DNA of 64,000 nucleotides from Ylistrum balloti. Lineage: Eukaryota. The position numbers were made by a program, and so were the translations under genes. The notes under the pieces are model-generated. The model was not told where the DNA came from, searched no databases, and saw only the letters and a list, made by a program, of their open reading frames with translations. Position 1 is the first letter of the stretch, and each line of letters starts with the position of its first letter. Of this stretch, positions 28,101 through 41,554 are shown one piece after another. The stretch spans positions 310,001 to 374,000 of the forward strand of contig NW_026782295.1 of assembly GCF_031769215.1 (NCBI RefSeq), read 5' to 3'.

Positions 28101-29596
28101 CATGTTAAACAAAAAATTTGTTGCATACAGATTGAATACAATAATTCAAATTCATTTTAAATTTTAAAGAAATCTAAGGGTTTCAACATAAAGTAACTTG
28201 CTTTGTTACATTTCAATCTACAGACAAGTGAGGTTCATTAAATGACTCCATTCAGTTACTGTCATGGATCATGATCAATTGATTAGTGTATCAGTTGAGT
28301 GGGAGTGTACAGAACACATTTATCTTCCATGACTCTTTCCTATTACACAAGAAACCTTTTAGTAGTGACTCAAAATGCATATATTCTTGAACAGATCTTT
28401 TCTTTCCTTTTCTTTGGCAGGGACAAATAAAATAAATCATATATCCCTGGTTTTGGTCATCTTTCGGGAGACATGGCACAAAGACATTGTGTTAGTTTTG
28501 GTAGCTTGATAGAAAGCATCAAAGTGGATCATAGTGACTAACGGAATCCCTTAGAGCAGTGTGATCGGCCCTATACTAATATACATAAATGACTCTTCAG
28601 ATGTAGTTGAGAATGTTGTCAGATTATTTCTGATGACACAACTGTTCTCAGAAGCCAGCAACAACGACAATAAACAAAGGATGCAATCTGACATCAACAA
28701 GCACTTCTCTTTAACTAGATTGGTTGATCCACAAACTAGCAAGCCCACTAAAGGTCTCGAGTTTGAATCCTATTGGAGGCATTAAAATAAATAACTTCTA
28801 TTACATTGGCACCCATGTAGGGACTCAGTAATGATACTTAGCATTTATTTCACAAACATCGCTGTATCCCCTAGAAACTTGAGGATGAGTTATTTCCTGG
28901 AGGTGGAGTATATATGTACATAACCATGGTAAATTACTCCAATGATATACCACTCAGCTAGAGAGAACTTCTCCTAAGCTTCATCAGCTGAGCATCTGAC
29001 TAATTAATAAGAGGCTCCTGGTTCAAATCCTAGCACAGGCATTGAAATAAATATCGACCTATGTTACAATTACAGTTGTACATATGTCCCTATAATATAC
29101 TCTCGGTCCCGATCGGCAGCCAAGCTTATCGCTATAATCTGTGCCGGCAGAGTGAAACGAAAGGCAAGTAACTCTGCGATATCAGACTTGATGAGGAAAA
29201 AGTCGAGCCCTGTTCCACGGGAAGTGTTGCCACTTGAGATTAAATAGTTCCCCTTACAAATAAACTGCAGCTCTGAGCGGAAATCCGTAACGGATTACCA
29301 GCCATGAGCTCTGAAACGCTTCCTTGTAAATTTTGCATTAGGGTAGAAATGTCTATAAAGTACTTTGTACTTCGTGTAATTTCTTCATATGCACAACTTG
29401 TTGTCTTACCGGCCCACGCCCCCATCTTCTTCAAGTCAACGCCAAGTCCAAGTGGTCTTGCAAAAACAAAACATTTCAGTCCAGATAAAATAGAACATGC
29501 TAACTTAAACGCAACGTATGACACTGCTACGGCTCCAGCTGCAGCATACCACTCCATATTCTTTCCAAGCACACTTTGTACCCAGGAGGACGCCAT
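22178..29596 (-). CDS. HSD17B12: Very-long-chain 3-oxoacyl-CoA reductase / 17-beta-HSD12 (SDR family), 10 coding exons, 325 aa
   Basis: Exons (-) 29596-29410, 28085-28039, 27107-27032, 26590-26480, 25959-25895, 25668-25624, 24799-24683, 23965-23900, 22816-22667, 22291-22178; all GT-AG, phases consistent, 978 nt. Motifs VVTGCTDGIGK, LVLISR, INNVG, NLSS, YAAAK, GIIVQSVMP; N-terminal hydrophobic anchor; basic C-terminus (KKE). Confidence 0.9.
23940..24200 (-). repeat. 69-bp tandem repeat, about 3.7 copies, spanning the HSD17B12 intron 7 / exon 8 acceptor
   Basis: On the minus strand TTTTTAG|GC.TAC.TGGACTACTT recurs with exon-like starts at 23965 (authentic), 24034 and 24103, and at 24172 where the AG is lost. 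Confidence 0.9.
26053..26228. mobile_element. MITE (176 bp) in HSD17B12 intron 4
   Basis: Perfect 10-bp terminal inverted repeats CAGGGCTCTC (26053-26062) / GAGAGCCCTG (26219-26228), flanked by a direct repeat GGTTT (26048-26052, 26229-26233). Explains ORF 26040-26372. Confidence 0.75.
28975..29040 (+). mobile_element. Degenerate tRNA-derived SINE head
   Basis: B-box GGTTCAAATCC at 29020-29030, preceded by a decayed A-box-like segment (CAGCTGAGCATCTGACT). No complete cloverleaf. Confidence 0.35.
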
Positions 29597-32500
29597 GTTT
29601 GTTTGTTTGCCAGGTGACCGCAATATTCGCGTCAGTGGTACGTTTAGATCAAACGGAGTGCGTTAGGCCAAATTACAGAGCGTGTGCTCGTAGCTGCACT
29701 GTACATGTATCATCGTTCAAGTCAAGTCTGCACCGGCCGCTCTCTCAGCTAGAGTCAATCCCATTAATATCAGGAACTCGTATCATCAGGACGGTTATGA
29801 AAGCCCGTGTATAACATCCGAGCTTTTACAGTGCATCATGATTTGTTCACCGTAAATAAATATCCATCAACAAGAAAAGTTCTTTTCTTCTTTACTAGTT
29901 TGTACGTATACCGACCCTTATTGGTCTTCATAGACATCAGTCTGAACTTTTATAAAGTGTTGGCTTTATGGTGGCTGATTTCTGCCAAAGTCTTTACACA
30001 GTCGACTGTGATTCTGATCAACCCCATTTGCAATTAATTGCATTAAGGTAGTGTAGGTAGTCCGGAGGGGAAATACCAAAATGGCGTCGAGAACACAAAC
30101 CTGCCGACAGTCATCGGTTTGATAGGCCAAGTATTGACAAACTTGTCCAGCTTTTAAAAATTCTTGACTTATTATGCGATTTCATGCAATGGGAGGTATT
30201 GTGACTGGTAGTTATTATTCCGATGTTGATGTTAATTAATCGTAAATGAGAATCTGAATCTGTTAGAACTCAAGGAAGTTTTGATGCTCTCAAGTCGGAT
30301 CTACACGTATCTCGCTGACAAATAAGTCTTAACAGAGTGAACATTTAAGTGTAGTTTGTATGTTATATATTTACAGCAAATATCGAATTTCAACGGAAAC
30401 TCAAAACATTGATTGTCCAATCCGTCAAAACACGACTTAACATCACCACAAATAATATCAGTATAGTGTATTATTAGTGTTCAAAGTTAGTTTTTGTTAA
30501 AGATACGTAACGAAATGCTGATGAGACTCTGTTTCAAATGAACAATAATTCACTGAGTTTAAAAAACTCGTCTATGTATACATGAAAATAGATTGATGTC
30601 GATCGAAGCTTCCTTTTAAAGTTTGTGTGACGATCCGGTAAATATATGTGTCAAAATCGCCTGTTGAATACATGAAAATCTGTTAATTGCTCTTCTGTTG
30701 TTTAAGCACGACGTTATTTTGTAGGCCCCCTCCGGACCACGTACATCACTGTGGAGTCGGCGTTTTTCGCTCAGCCAAACTACAGTGTCGGCTACCAGTA
30801 TTGTGTTCCGTATTTATCATGCACATGCACTACGGCAACGGGATTTTAATATTTCTAGTGTAAGTGGATCAGTTGTATCCTGGTGGAAAGTTCTGATAGT
30901 TGTCGCTCGCTAAAAATAAAGATTTCTCTATAGGAAGGTTACTATTTTTTCTTTGAACTTCATTATCTATGTGCTTTCAGATTTACTTGTGTTCTTAAAA
31001 GAAAGAAACGTTCCATTTCTGCAAGCGTAAATAAGGTAGAATGAAGCCTCGCTACTTCAAAATTAGGACCACCTTGGTACTAAGACCACTTCTTTTGAGC
31101 CACATGCACACACCCGCCTCTCAAAAAAAGAGGCCATCACACGCGAGAAATCAAAAGAAAATTTTGATTTGCACATTTTTTATTTCTCTACTATTAATGT
31201 AATTGTTATATAGTTTATATATATATATATATACATATGTAAAGATGTATTTTCATAACCAAACTGCTTTACCTGTATTTCTCAAACTGACCGATATAAT
31301 GTAACATGTATTGTACATTATGTGTATTTCCTTGTTAATATTTGTTCCCCAAGGTTTTACTAATATAATGCGATATCGATATTGTCTGTCACATAACAGC
31401 CATGTGATCCAAATTTACAATTTATGTTAACACTACATGTAAATCAATGATATTATTATTAGTTGTTATAATCATATTATATTCTACTGATAGGCGCAGT
31501 ATATATTACCAACGAGTACGTAATTTAGATGAAAGATTAAAAATTTATTCACGGAATAAAATGTACTGCATCGACCAATCAAATTTCAGTGATCAGTTCA
31601 AATCGATTTCTTTGTGATAGATCTGGCAGTTCGGGATCTGACAGCTGACAGTACAGACGGTTAGTATGTTTCCAATCGTCTGAGTCAGCAATTTGATTTT
31701 TAAGTAATATGTCTGCTTACGATTTAATATAAGTATTTGCACACTGTAATATGAAAAGTAGGGATTATTACTACAGTACGTGTTGTAGCATCTATCGTGA
31801 TTTCTGTGTATGGATGGCTATCTCATTCCCGGATTGAATCTGATTACTTCTTAGTGTAAACACGCAATTCAACACCATGTGTTCCATAATATATAACAAC
31901 TTTTTAATGACTAAACATTAAAGAGGTCAACATATTATTACAGATATGTAAGGACGAGTTATGTCCCTTTACCTTACTGGTATTATTAATAGACAGATAC
32001 CACACGTGTTAATGTAACTTACTTACATTTGTGATCGCTGCTATTGATAAATATTTACCTGTATCTACATATATATGTAATTATATCGTAAGTTTCAATC
32101 AGTGTATCACTTCATTACTGCCGTTTGTCCGTCTCAGGTGTTCATCTCAGCGATTTTTATCGTATAACGAAGAAGGATTATGTGATTATGCCTCGTTTAC
32201 CAAATAAGGACATCTTATATTGAAAAAGTGATGATTTTTAAGTTATCACTTTTGATGACTCATTTCTAATATGAATTAACAAGCGAATTGTAAAGCGACC
32301 GATGAAAAAGTAACTTCATTTAGTTAGTGTTTAAAAAAAAAGAAGTAGAAATATGGTTCCTTTAAGAAAAAAAAATCCCGTCCCCCAAAAAATTCAATCT
32401 AACCTTTTTTTTCTAAACGATGCACACATAAACACATATCTATATCCACCATTTCAGGCTTACCATTATTCATTTATTTCTATTTTATTTACTTTTTTTT

Positions 32501-32959
32501 TGTCATTAGAATGTCATTCCCGTTCAAATGATGATTTTGAGTAATGTGTTTGTACTTCTGGATAGCTGTAAGCTATCTTAAGCATATCTGTGATTTAGTG
32601 ATGTCATCAGAAACGGAATTGCATTCACATGTCCGATACACATGTCGATCATTTCAGGTGAGCAAAATTGAAGTGGGATCTGCAGATTTTTTTTTTTCAG
32701 AAAAAATACTGTTGTTTCACTGGTCAGTTTTTAGATAAACCATATAATATGAAAACATTTGAATTCATTTATGTATTTTTCATGATAATTCGTTTACATA
32801 GCATAGCTAGCGACAAATGGTTCTTAGGGGTCTAAAGCTAATGCGCTATGTAGGATGTTACTGGGTAATTAAATGCAATGCCTCAGCGCATAGCATAATG
32901 TCTTACTTAGTCGATTCTGAATTAATTAGGCCTATATATTCAGATCCAAATTTTGTCTT

Positions 32960-33527
32960 GCTAAAGCATTAATGTAGTCACTCCCAGCTGATGTAATGTT
33001 TGGTTGGCTGTCCACTACCCTGAACATTGTGTCTTCTGATTCCCAGAACTTGTCCTACCGATTTTCAAATGTATTTAGGGTTGGCGATCTGACCACTTTT
33101 TCTGGCAATGAATTACAATTATTGACCACTCTCTGTGAAAATGAGATGTCCAGCATACATCTTGATTTCTCCAGTGATTGTGAGTTCCCTCGAGTACGTT
33201 TTTTCTGGTTCACTCTTAATAAGTTTTCTACTGCATTCTTGTCATAAAGTCCAATCAGTATTTTTTACACTTCAGCCATGTCTCCTCTGTCCCTTAGATA
33301 TTTCAGTGGTGGCAAATCTAAGTCTCTCATTCTATCCTCATATACCATATTTTTCAAACCTGGCAGAAGCTTCGTCATCCTTCTCTGGCCCCTCTCCAAT
33401 ACCTTAATGTCCTGTATTTGGTAGGAATTCCAGATACTAGCCCCATTTTCCAGATGTGACCTGACCAATGCCTTGTACGATCTTTGATCAAGATATGTTC
33501 TTCTTACAATTCCTAGGACTCTGTTAA
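32960..33527 (-). mobile_element. CR1-type LINE 3' fragment
   Basis: Minus strand RVLGIVRRTYLD...LVRSHLENGASIWNSYQIQDIKVLERGQRRMTKLLPGLKNMVYEDRMRDLDLPPLKYLRDRGDMAEV is the CR1 ORF2 C-terminal signature; degraded downstream. Confidence 0.85.
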
Positions 33528-33694
33528 AAAATAAATATCTTATATTGCAAAATGTGTATTACAATAAATAATACTCGAAGTAATTTATCAATCAAAAATA
33601 TTTTTTTCAATATACATTATGTACGTATTTGATATATATAGAAACTGGCGGTAATAGGTGACTAGTGCACAAATTTTTACAGGAATGGCTCAGT

Positions 33695-33702
33695 CCGGAA
33701 GT
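33695..33702 (+). promoter_or_regulatory. ETS/GABP-type site upstream of SDHAF2
   Basis: CCGGAAGT about 60 nt upstream of the SDHAF2 ATG; this motif is typical of promoters of nuclear-encoded mitochondrial genes. Confidence 0.45.
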
Positions 33703-33762
33703 TGACTTTCGAAGGGAAATAACTCCTAGTACAAGAACTATTATACAACAGGATCAACAAAG

Positions 33763-36700
33763 ATGTCATTGAATGCTGTTCGTCATCTTGTTCGATCTGC
33801 CGCCGCTCAGAATTATCAACTATGTCGGGTAAATTTTACCAGAAAATGTTTTTGAATTGATTTGATAATTACAATATTGCACATACAATGAGTTAACATG
33901 AAGCTAGGAATTTATTCGACATCTCCAGTTTTGACGGATCCCACTACCGTTTAAAGTGGTTTACATAACTAAATCCGATATTTTCGTGTGAATTTATGTA
34001 AACTGTTCGGAAGAACTCCGTGTTTTAAATTATCCTGCATTCGGGTAGCTGATTTAATTGTCACACAGGACCGTGACGCACTAATTGATAGATTGTAACG
34101 GTATTGACCTTTCGTTCATCCTTCTCGCAATTGCAGTTAGAATATAAAACATTTCTACATTTATGTACTGATGGTTCAAAAGATGATGATAAGGTTGCTG
34201 CGGCCATGGTTACACAAGATGAAATTTATGGATGCCGGCTACCGAACAACACCTCAATATTTTCGACGGAAGCGCGAGCTATCTACCTCGACCTTGAATA
34301 TATTCAAATAAACAAAGTAATGAGAGCTGTTATCCATTCAGACTCTCTTTCTGTACTACAAAGTCTTAGCAATAGAAATATCGAGGATATTTTCATCCGT
34401 AATTCAGAATCGATATACCAATAATAAATTGCACTCCATAAAACATATTATCGGTGAAGGACAACCACTGAGACAAAGTTGTCTTCAGATGAGCCATACA
34501 TACCTTACACATTCATATATGCTGAAAGGCGAAAATAATCCACGGTGCATAGGATGTCATTCACCATTTAACATTTTTCATTGGACTGCATTGACCATCT
34601 GTCTACTCAAGAATGTTTTTGTTATAACATTACAAGTCTAAAAACCCTTTTTGAAACTGTTGAGATTTGTAAAATTCAAAATTACCTTAAAAATGTTGGT
34701 CTAAATAATAGACTATGACATACCATTTTAATCTTTTGTGATAATATACCCATTTAAGTTTGTTTGATGCTATTTCCTTTTGAATCACTGTGTCTTTTAC
34801 TGGTTGGTGGCTCTAATGACCTTTTCTGTGTTGATGGGCTGTTAAGAATGTCATAATAATAACAAAGTAACTGTATTGACTGATCAGTGTTAATAGATAT
34901 GATATTGCAGCTAATGCAAAGGCACTTCTATCGATCCTCACAACCATATAGTTTTGAGAATTATACATTAAACATCTTGTGTTTTTGCACATTATATACA
35001 ATTATGACCCCAGCTTTCTAGATCAAATTAAAGGGCAATACTGCAGGAATCATATAGAAGAAGTCTTCACATGTATAGAGTGTCCAAATATTTCTAATGA
35101 ATTCTGCTGTTTTAGTAGTACAATTGTTTTATCTCAAATATAATATCAGATTCCTGTGCATTAAGTTAGAACTTGATCCAAAGGGTTCTTAATACTTTCC
35201 ATGATTTTATTTTGTCTTTGTCACAGACTAATAGTCCCCAAATACCAGTGACCCTTGCAAGGTTCAGCATTCAAGCATTGTTTTAAATAGTTTACAACAG
35301 TGTGATAGTTATAAACATTTTTCTACTAACTTGCATGCCAGGAAATGTCAAAGCAATTAAATGTTGTAAACCAAGCATTTCCACTCATTTTCCTTGACAT
35401 CTTTACTTTCCAGTAATACTACAACGTCAGCCTCTATGTTGAATATCTCTTGACTTGTGGTTATAAATCTACCATTTCCACCACCCTCACAAGAATTTAC
35501 TGTTTGGTAGGTTTACAACCACAAGTCTTGAACCCTTCAGAATATTTAGAACTTCCACTCTAATCTTAATTTCCTCTCACATGATGACTACTGCCCATTG
35601 ATGTCATAGTACAGAATGTTTGTTCCTGATAACCTTTATTCAAATAAAAAGCATGGCAGTCACATCATGTAATCTTAACAAAGATTTTTAGTAATTGGTT
35701 ATCGCAATATCTATTTGAAAGAAAATTATGAGTCTTCTATAAAAAATCAAAAAGAGAAAAAAATTTTGCCAGTTAATACCAAGGATAGCCCATAAAGCCA
35801 TTGTAGCTTTTTTCCAATGACACTGTGTGTAGGCAGAAGAAAAGAAGAAAAGATAATTGAAGAGATCAAAATCTGATTGTTAACAATTGTTTTGGCATCA
35901 TAAATAATTACTGGTGCTCTAAAAATCAGATTTTGTAAGGAGGTGTGACAAAATAAACAAAACTGGATATAAATAGTAAATGTATAATTTATTGATTAAT
36001 CCTTGTCCAGAACTCCATTTGTTACATAAACTTTCAATGTTAATGTACAGTGGTATGTCATTCCTTAAAAAATCTGCAAGAAAAGATCATATTTAATCGA
36101 AATTTATGTCTCCTCAGGCAGCAGCAGCTCCACTAGTCCAGAGAGTGAAGTTTTCATCCGAGTACTACACACCACCAGAGGAGTATCCTCCCCCACCCCC
36201 ATACAAGGAAAGGATGAATGAGGACACAGAGGTCATGAGATCTCGCCTTCTGTACCAAAGTAGGAAACGAGGGATGCTGGAAAATGGACTCCTTCTAAGG
36301 TATGAAAATACTGGTACAGATACCAAAATAAAGTCAACAATAAAGAGTTGTGTTGTACAATAATGATTAACTGGGAAGGGAAACAACTCTGTCAAGCCTA
36401 TTTTATCATGGAAACAAGTTGTTGTCACTGAATACAAGACTAGAATAATACAAATATACAACATGACATTCTGAGAACTCAAAATTACTTGAAAAACAGT
36501 AGACAACATGAAATCTCATCAATTGACAGTTTTCATGTTATATGTAAACAGTTGTATTTTGAAAAAGTAAACATGTATTTGTTGCTACATTTTGTAAAAC
36601 AAATTGTGTATTTTCAGCACATTTGCAGCCAAGTATCTTGATGGTATGAATGAAAAGCAGCTGACATTATATGATCGCCTTATCAACACTCCTAGTAATG

Positions 36701-38118
36701 ACTGGGAGATCTACTATTGGGCTGTTGGTATGTATCCATTCATTTTAGCAAAGATGCACAGGCATTATCACAACAAGGAGACACTTTATATCATTGTTCA
36801 GGTGAACATTTGCAATTACACAGAATTAGATAATCAATCTTTTATTAGGGTAAGATAGGATGTTTTTAGCCTTCATCAACTGATGGTTGGTTGTGCAAAT
36901 TGCCCTGTGTCAATAGTCTATTGGTCTTTCATTATCTGTCCTTGTACTGTTGTTGCTATGGCTACTTCTTGAAAAGCACTGGATAGGTCTTTCTTAAATT
37001 CCAAATGTACATTTTCCTTGGTTCTAGTTGAGTAAATATCTGTATCTCTGATATCAAATGTCAGTTCAGAATCTTGGCAAAGCCTGGGTTATGACCATGT
37101 TCTGTACCTTTGTGTTTGATATCCACTTCAGTCCTTCTTTACATGTGGGTGACACTATTATTCTCATACTCTTGCATGTAAAACACAGAAATTAACCATG
37201 CAGGGATATCTCATCTTACTCTTGAGAAAGCTTGGCTCAGATCAGAAGGAGATGGCTTATATGCGTAAAGGTCATGTCATCATTTGATTTGGTGTATTTA
37301 AGTCAGAACTGGACAATGTCATCAATTTCAACATACATTTCAAGGGCCATAAATAATAATGTGATGTATGTGAATCACGGCAACAACATTCAATATGTTA
37401 CAGTTTGTTATATCTGATACCTGTTCTGTGATAGTGGCAGTGATACAACAATTCATCTCCTACTTAAAATCATTGCAATTTGAAGAATTCAGTTTTCCTT
37501 GTGGTCCTGGGCTTTGTTAATGACATGCTTGATAGTAGGTGACAGGTGTGTCCTGAACTGTCAGAAATTGTGATGAGATGCAATACAGCTTTCAAAGGGG
37601 CTTAGTATCAGCAAAAAACAGGAAACTGTTTTTGTCTAGTTTTAAAATTGACCATTTTTGCCAATGTCTGTAGTTTGAAAATCTTCTTTAAGTTTGAAAT
37701 GCATCTAAAACTTTAAGTATATTTCGAATTTGAGTACTTGAGACTGAAATGAATTCCTGATTTTTGAAAATAGAGCAAAGGCCACATTCACACATTCTTT
37801 ATAAAACTGCTGCTCAGGGTGTTGTGTGAATTAATCGTAAAACAGACATTAGATAATTGGTGTAGAATATATGATTATTTTAATGCTTTCTGATACATGT
37901 TTTATGTCAGATCTCTCTTTGGTTTGAACCTGATCTTCTTGTCTGTCAGTGATATAATGTATAGGATATTGTTTGATTGGTAACTTTACTGTATTCCAGG
38001 CCAGAGACCTGTCCCGGAGAAATTCCAGAGTGAAATCATGGATATGTTGATGGAACATGCCAGCAACAAAGATCGTCAAAACCGAAGTCGACAACCAGAT
38101 CTTCCAAATACCCCTTAG
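33763..38118 (+). CDS. SDHAF2: Succinate dehydrogenase assembly factor 2, mitochondrial; 4 coding exons, 158 aa
   Basis: Exons 33763-33828, 36118-36299, 36618-36727, 38000-38118; phases 0, 2, 1 consistent, 477 nt. Sdh5/SdhE motif [24 protein letters not shown]...[20 protein letters not shown]; Arg-containing, acid-free N-terminal targeting peptide. Confidence 0.93.
34104..34863 (+). mobile_element. LINE 3' fragment with RNase H domain (I/Nimb-like)
   Basis: [15 protein letters not shown]...[16 protein letters not shown]...[13 protein letters not shown] is a non-LTR RNase H. It is followed by frameshifted [25 protein letters not shown] (CCHC-like) and a tail ending GTTAAGAATGTCATAATAAT. Confidence 0.85.
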
Positions 38119-39239
38119 ATGTGTTCTTTTAATTTATTTGTTTTTTGTGGAGATGACTGTGTAAATAATTTTTCTATATTAAAAATGTTAAACAAATACT
38201 ATAAGGCTATCATTTTGTCTCTATCCAGCTTGGTTTTAAGCACACATTTATGTATTGACATTCTGTATAACTTTCAACAACATACTACTTTATTGTCTTG
38301 TAATAAGTGTACCGCCTCACTTTTTAAGTCAGAAGTAATGCACTGGTTCAAGGGCTTATCTCAGTATAAATAAGGTTCTCATCAAGGACTTCCATTGTGT
38401 GACGAATGTGCTGCAACACCTGACATGGATGTTAAATGTATGAGACTACTTGTGTGTGATCTCCCTCATCACAAGTCCCAATAATTATCTATATAAAGCT
38501 GGTCCCAATAAGATTACTGCATTTGTAGTAACATTCAGAATGTTTTTCTCTCCTCTGTTATTTGCTATAGCTGTCCTTGGTCTTTATGCTAACTGTCCTG
38601 TTATTGAAGGATTTTGGTTGTCTCCCCTTATGAAACATTCCAATAGTAATCGGGTGGAGTGGAATGTCACTGTATGTTATAAAAAGATTATGGAGAACTT
38701 TGAGTATCAAACCAAGTCAACCCTATGGTAACATTCATTGTAATTCCTAAATATTCTCTCTCTCAACTTATAGAACCCAGTAAATTAGATAATGTTTATT
38801 AATGATAACAGTTTGTTTTCAAATCAGATCATACTAACGGAGATAATGCTTTAGTATAACGTCAGCATTGAATACCAGTGTATTCTTAATGGAATCATGG
38901 AAACAAATTCACAAAGTTACTCTTTATGTAAAAGCAAAATGGTATACGAGAAATCTTATCGAAAATCGAAAAGGTTTCGATATGATATATTAAAGGGGAT
39001 ACTAACAGCACTGGTGCAGAAATTTGGTAAATCTTCCAAGATTCTGTACACCAGTGTGTGGAAAATCATATCCCCCACAAAACAGTACAAATGGGGATAT
39101 AACCTTACATGGATATCACTCATTAAGTTAGACGTCTACTGCACAAACATGAATGAATGTACAAAAACATTTCTTTTATTCCACTTTGTTAATTACTAAA
39201 ACGACCAGGTTTGAATTGGTGACGTCACCTATTCAGTTG

Positions 39240-39820
39240 GTATCACTAATTGAGAAAGGGAGATCACCGATTTACTAAAACTGATATCACTAATTAAGAA
39301 AGGGATATCACCTACTTATTATGCTAATATCACTGATTAAGAAAGGGATATCACCTACTTATTATGCTAATATCACTGATTAAGAAAGGGATATCACCTA
39401 CTTATTATGCTAATATCACTGATTAAGAAAGGGATATCACCTACTTATTATGCTAATATCACTGATTAAGAAAGGGATATCACCTACTTATTATGCTAAT
39501 ATCACTGATTAAGAAAGGGATATCACCTACTTATTATGCTAATATCACTGATTAAGAAAGGGATATCACCTACTTATTATGCTAATATCACTGATTAAGA
39601 AAGGGATATCACCTACTTATTATGCTAATATCACTGATTAAGAAAGGGATATCACCTACTTATTATGCTAATATCACTGATTAAGAAAGGGATGTCACCT
39701 ACTTATTATGCTAATATCACTGATTAAGAAAGGGATATCACCTACTTATTATGCTAATATCACTGATTAAGAAAGGGATATCACCTACTTATTATGCTAA
39801 TATCACTGATTAAGAAAGGG
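39240..39820. repeat. 43-bp minisatellite, about 13.5 copies
   Basis: Unit AATATCACTGATTAAGAAAGGGATATCACCTACTTATTATGCT, period 43 (39326, 39369 ...); nearly identical copies, first copy degenerate. Confidence 0.95.
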
Positions 39821-40403
39821 AAAGGCATCTGAATGTCAGCAGGATTTAGGGCACGTGTTAACTTTGCACTTATCCAGTAGATAAGCCCAGCAAACTCCAA
39901 AGTGAATTCACGAATTGTGAATTGTTCGGTTCCTAATCCCTAGCTTATATAGGTGCCAGAGGAGCGATGAGAAAGTGGACATATCGTCGTAGTTTTAAAA
40001 ATCTTGTTCTCAATACCCATATACATTGTACTGTAAAACAAAATGAAAGCTCTTAAAGGATCTTATGGTGGCATGTAACTGCCATCTATTTGACGTGTTC
40101 ACGTGTTAATTTACCTCGACAAATTGTCATATCAACACGACTTGTCATGATAATATCGTGTTACGTCGTCTGGTCGTGATAATTACCAAGATTAAATCAT
40201 CTCTAAGTCGCCATCATTTGGTCTTAAGTAAGGTTTTTTTCTCATTTGTGAACATCACACTCCAAGGTTTCAAACTTCACCTGATGCTCAGGGTAAGATT
40301 GACTCTGGTTTATATAGGAAAACTACATTTTTGATAATCTAATTTATTATTTAAATTTAAATTATTTGTATTGGATTTCAGGTTGATATCAGGCACATAT
40401 TAA

Positions 40404-40650
40404 CCCTGTCTCACTCATAGGGTGTGGACAGGGTCATATTGACTGACAGAAAGTCTTTTAATGCACTTGGTGGATAGAAGGACCCTACAGATGCTTTACT
40501 AAAATTGTGTTTTATGACCATGGGGTGTCTCACATTGTTCCTTTGGGAGGGGCTAAAGAATCTATAATTTATTTCGTTATCGGAAAATAACATTTTTGAG
40601 CATAATTTGTAAAATTTCCATTGGACATGATCCAAAGTTGGTGAGAACAG
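40404..40650. mobile_element. Possible piggyBac-like MITE
   Basis: Flanked by TTAA at 40400-40403 and 40651-40654; imperfect terminal inverted repeats (CCCTGTCTCACTC versus reverse complement CTGTTCTCACC). Confidence 0.35.
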
Positions 40651-41554
40651 TTAACATAGGTTGATGCATTATATTTGTTTTACTTTCACAATGTACATGT
40701 ACATATAGTTCAAATTAACGTACTGACATTTTCTGCTTAAAACTCGGTCAACTGTTACAGGTAATAATATTACACGCCGCGAATAATTTAACCCGTCTAG
40801 AAAGATCATCTGGAAAAAGTGGCATCTAAAACTGCAAATTACAAGATAATATGCAAAAAATGTTGATGTCATAACATTATTTCACACTAATTCGTCAACC
40901 CCCCAAAATCATGACGTCGCGAGTGGTTACTTCACTATACTTCTGTTGTTCGTGGAAACATCTCTGCACGTTAATGAACTCAGTCCCAGCTGATTCGATT
41001 TTACTATCACAGTCTTCGAAATCTGAGATGTTCGCTAAATAGGAGTAAGCCACCGACAGCCTTTAGATCGATAAGGACCGCGATTGATTTCAACAATTCC
41101 ACTAAAACGATGCAGTTGGACGTCATTCTAGATATGAAAATGGCATCGTTTAGGAAAAAACAGTCCATTTTTTAGGATCGAAAATACATCCCTCGAAATG
41201 GGGAAATGACACTTAAAGAAATACACGCTGTGTGCTTGATGCTAGATTGGGGTACCCTGCAAATAAACCATGGCTGTCCGCACATGACCGCATTGCCCGT
41301 CAAATTAGAGCAGTCAAACTTTTAACGCATACTTCAACCTTGATAATAAATTAAAGATTATCAGTGTCATATGATTTTGACAGCAAACCAAGGACATGTG
41401 TCATCCTCAGATTACAGAGACTGGTCACTTGGTCGAAAGAAAAGCTATGGTCCTACTTCGGATCAGACAAATACCTATCTCTTGATTAGATATAAAGGCA
41501 GGGTCCTACTGTATACTTTGTTAGACAGGGACCTATTCCCGGGTTATACAGATA

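Noticed and set aside
28975-29040. Possible tRNA gene
   Set aside because: A B-box is present, but no acceptor stem or complete cloverleaf could be folded; treated as a SINE-head relic.
29100-29300. GC-richer intronic stretch with TGATGA...CTGA and hairpin AATCCG-TAA-CGGATT (possible C/D snoRNA)
   Set aside because: The boxes are antisense to the host gene HSD17B12, the C box lacks the leading purine, and there is no terminal stem.
29304-29814. Plus-strand ORFs 29304-29666 and 29518-29814
   Set aside because: They are antisense shadows of HSD17B12 exon 1 and its GC-richer promoter, with no recognisable domain.
39240-39820. CRISPR-like appearance of the tandem arrays (also 6866-7161 and 59411-59811)
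   Set aside because: Units are contiguous with no unique spacers, there are no cas genes, and the context is eukaryotic.
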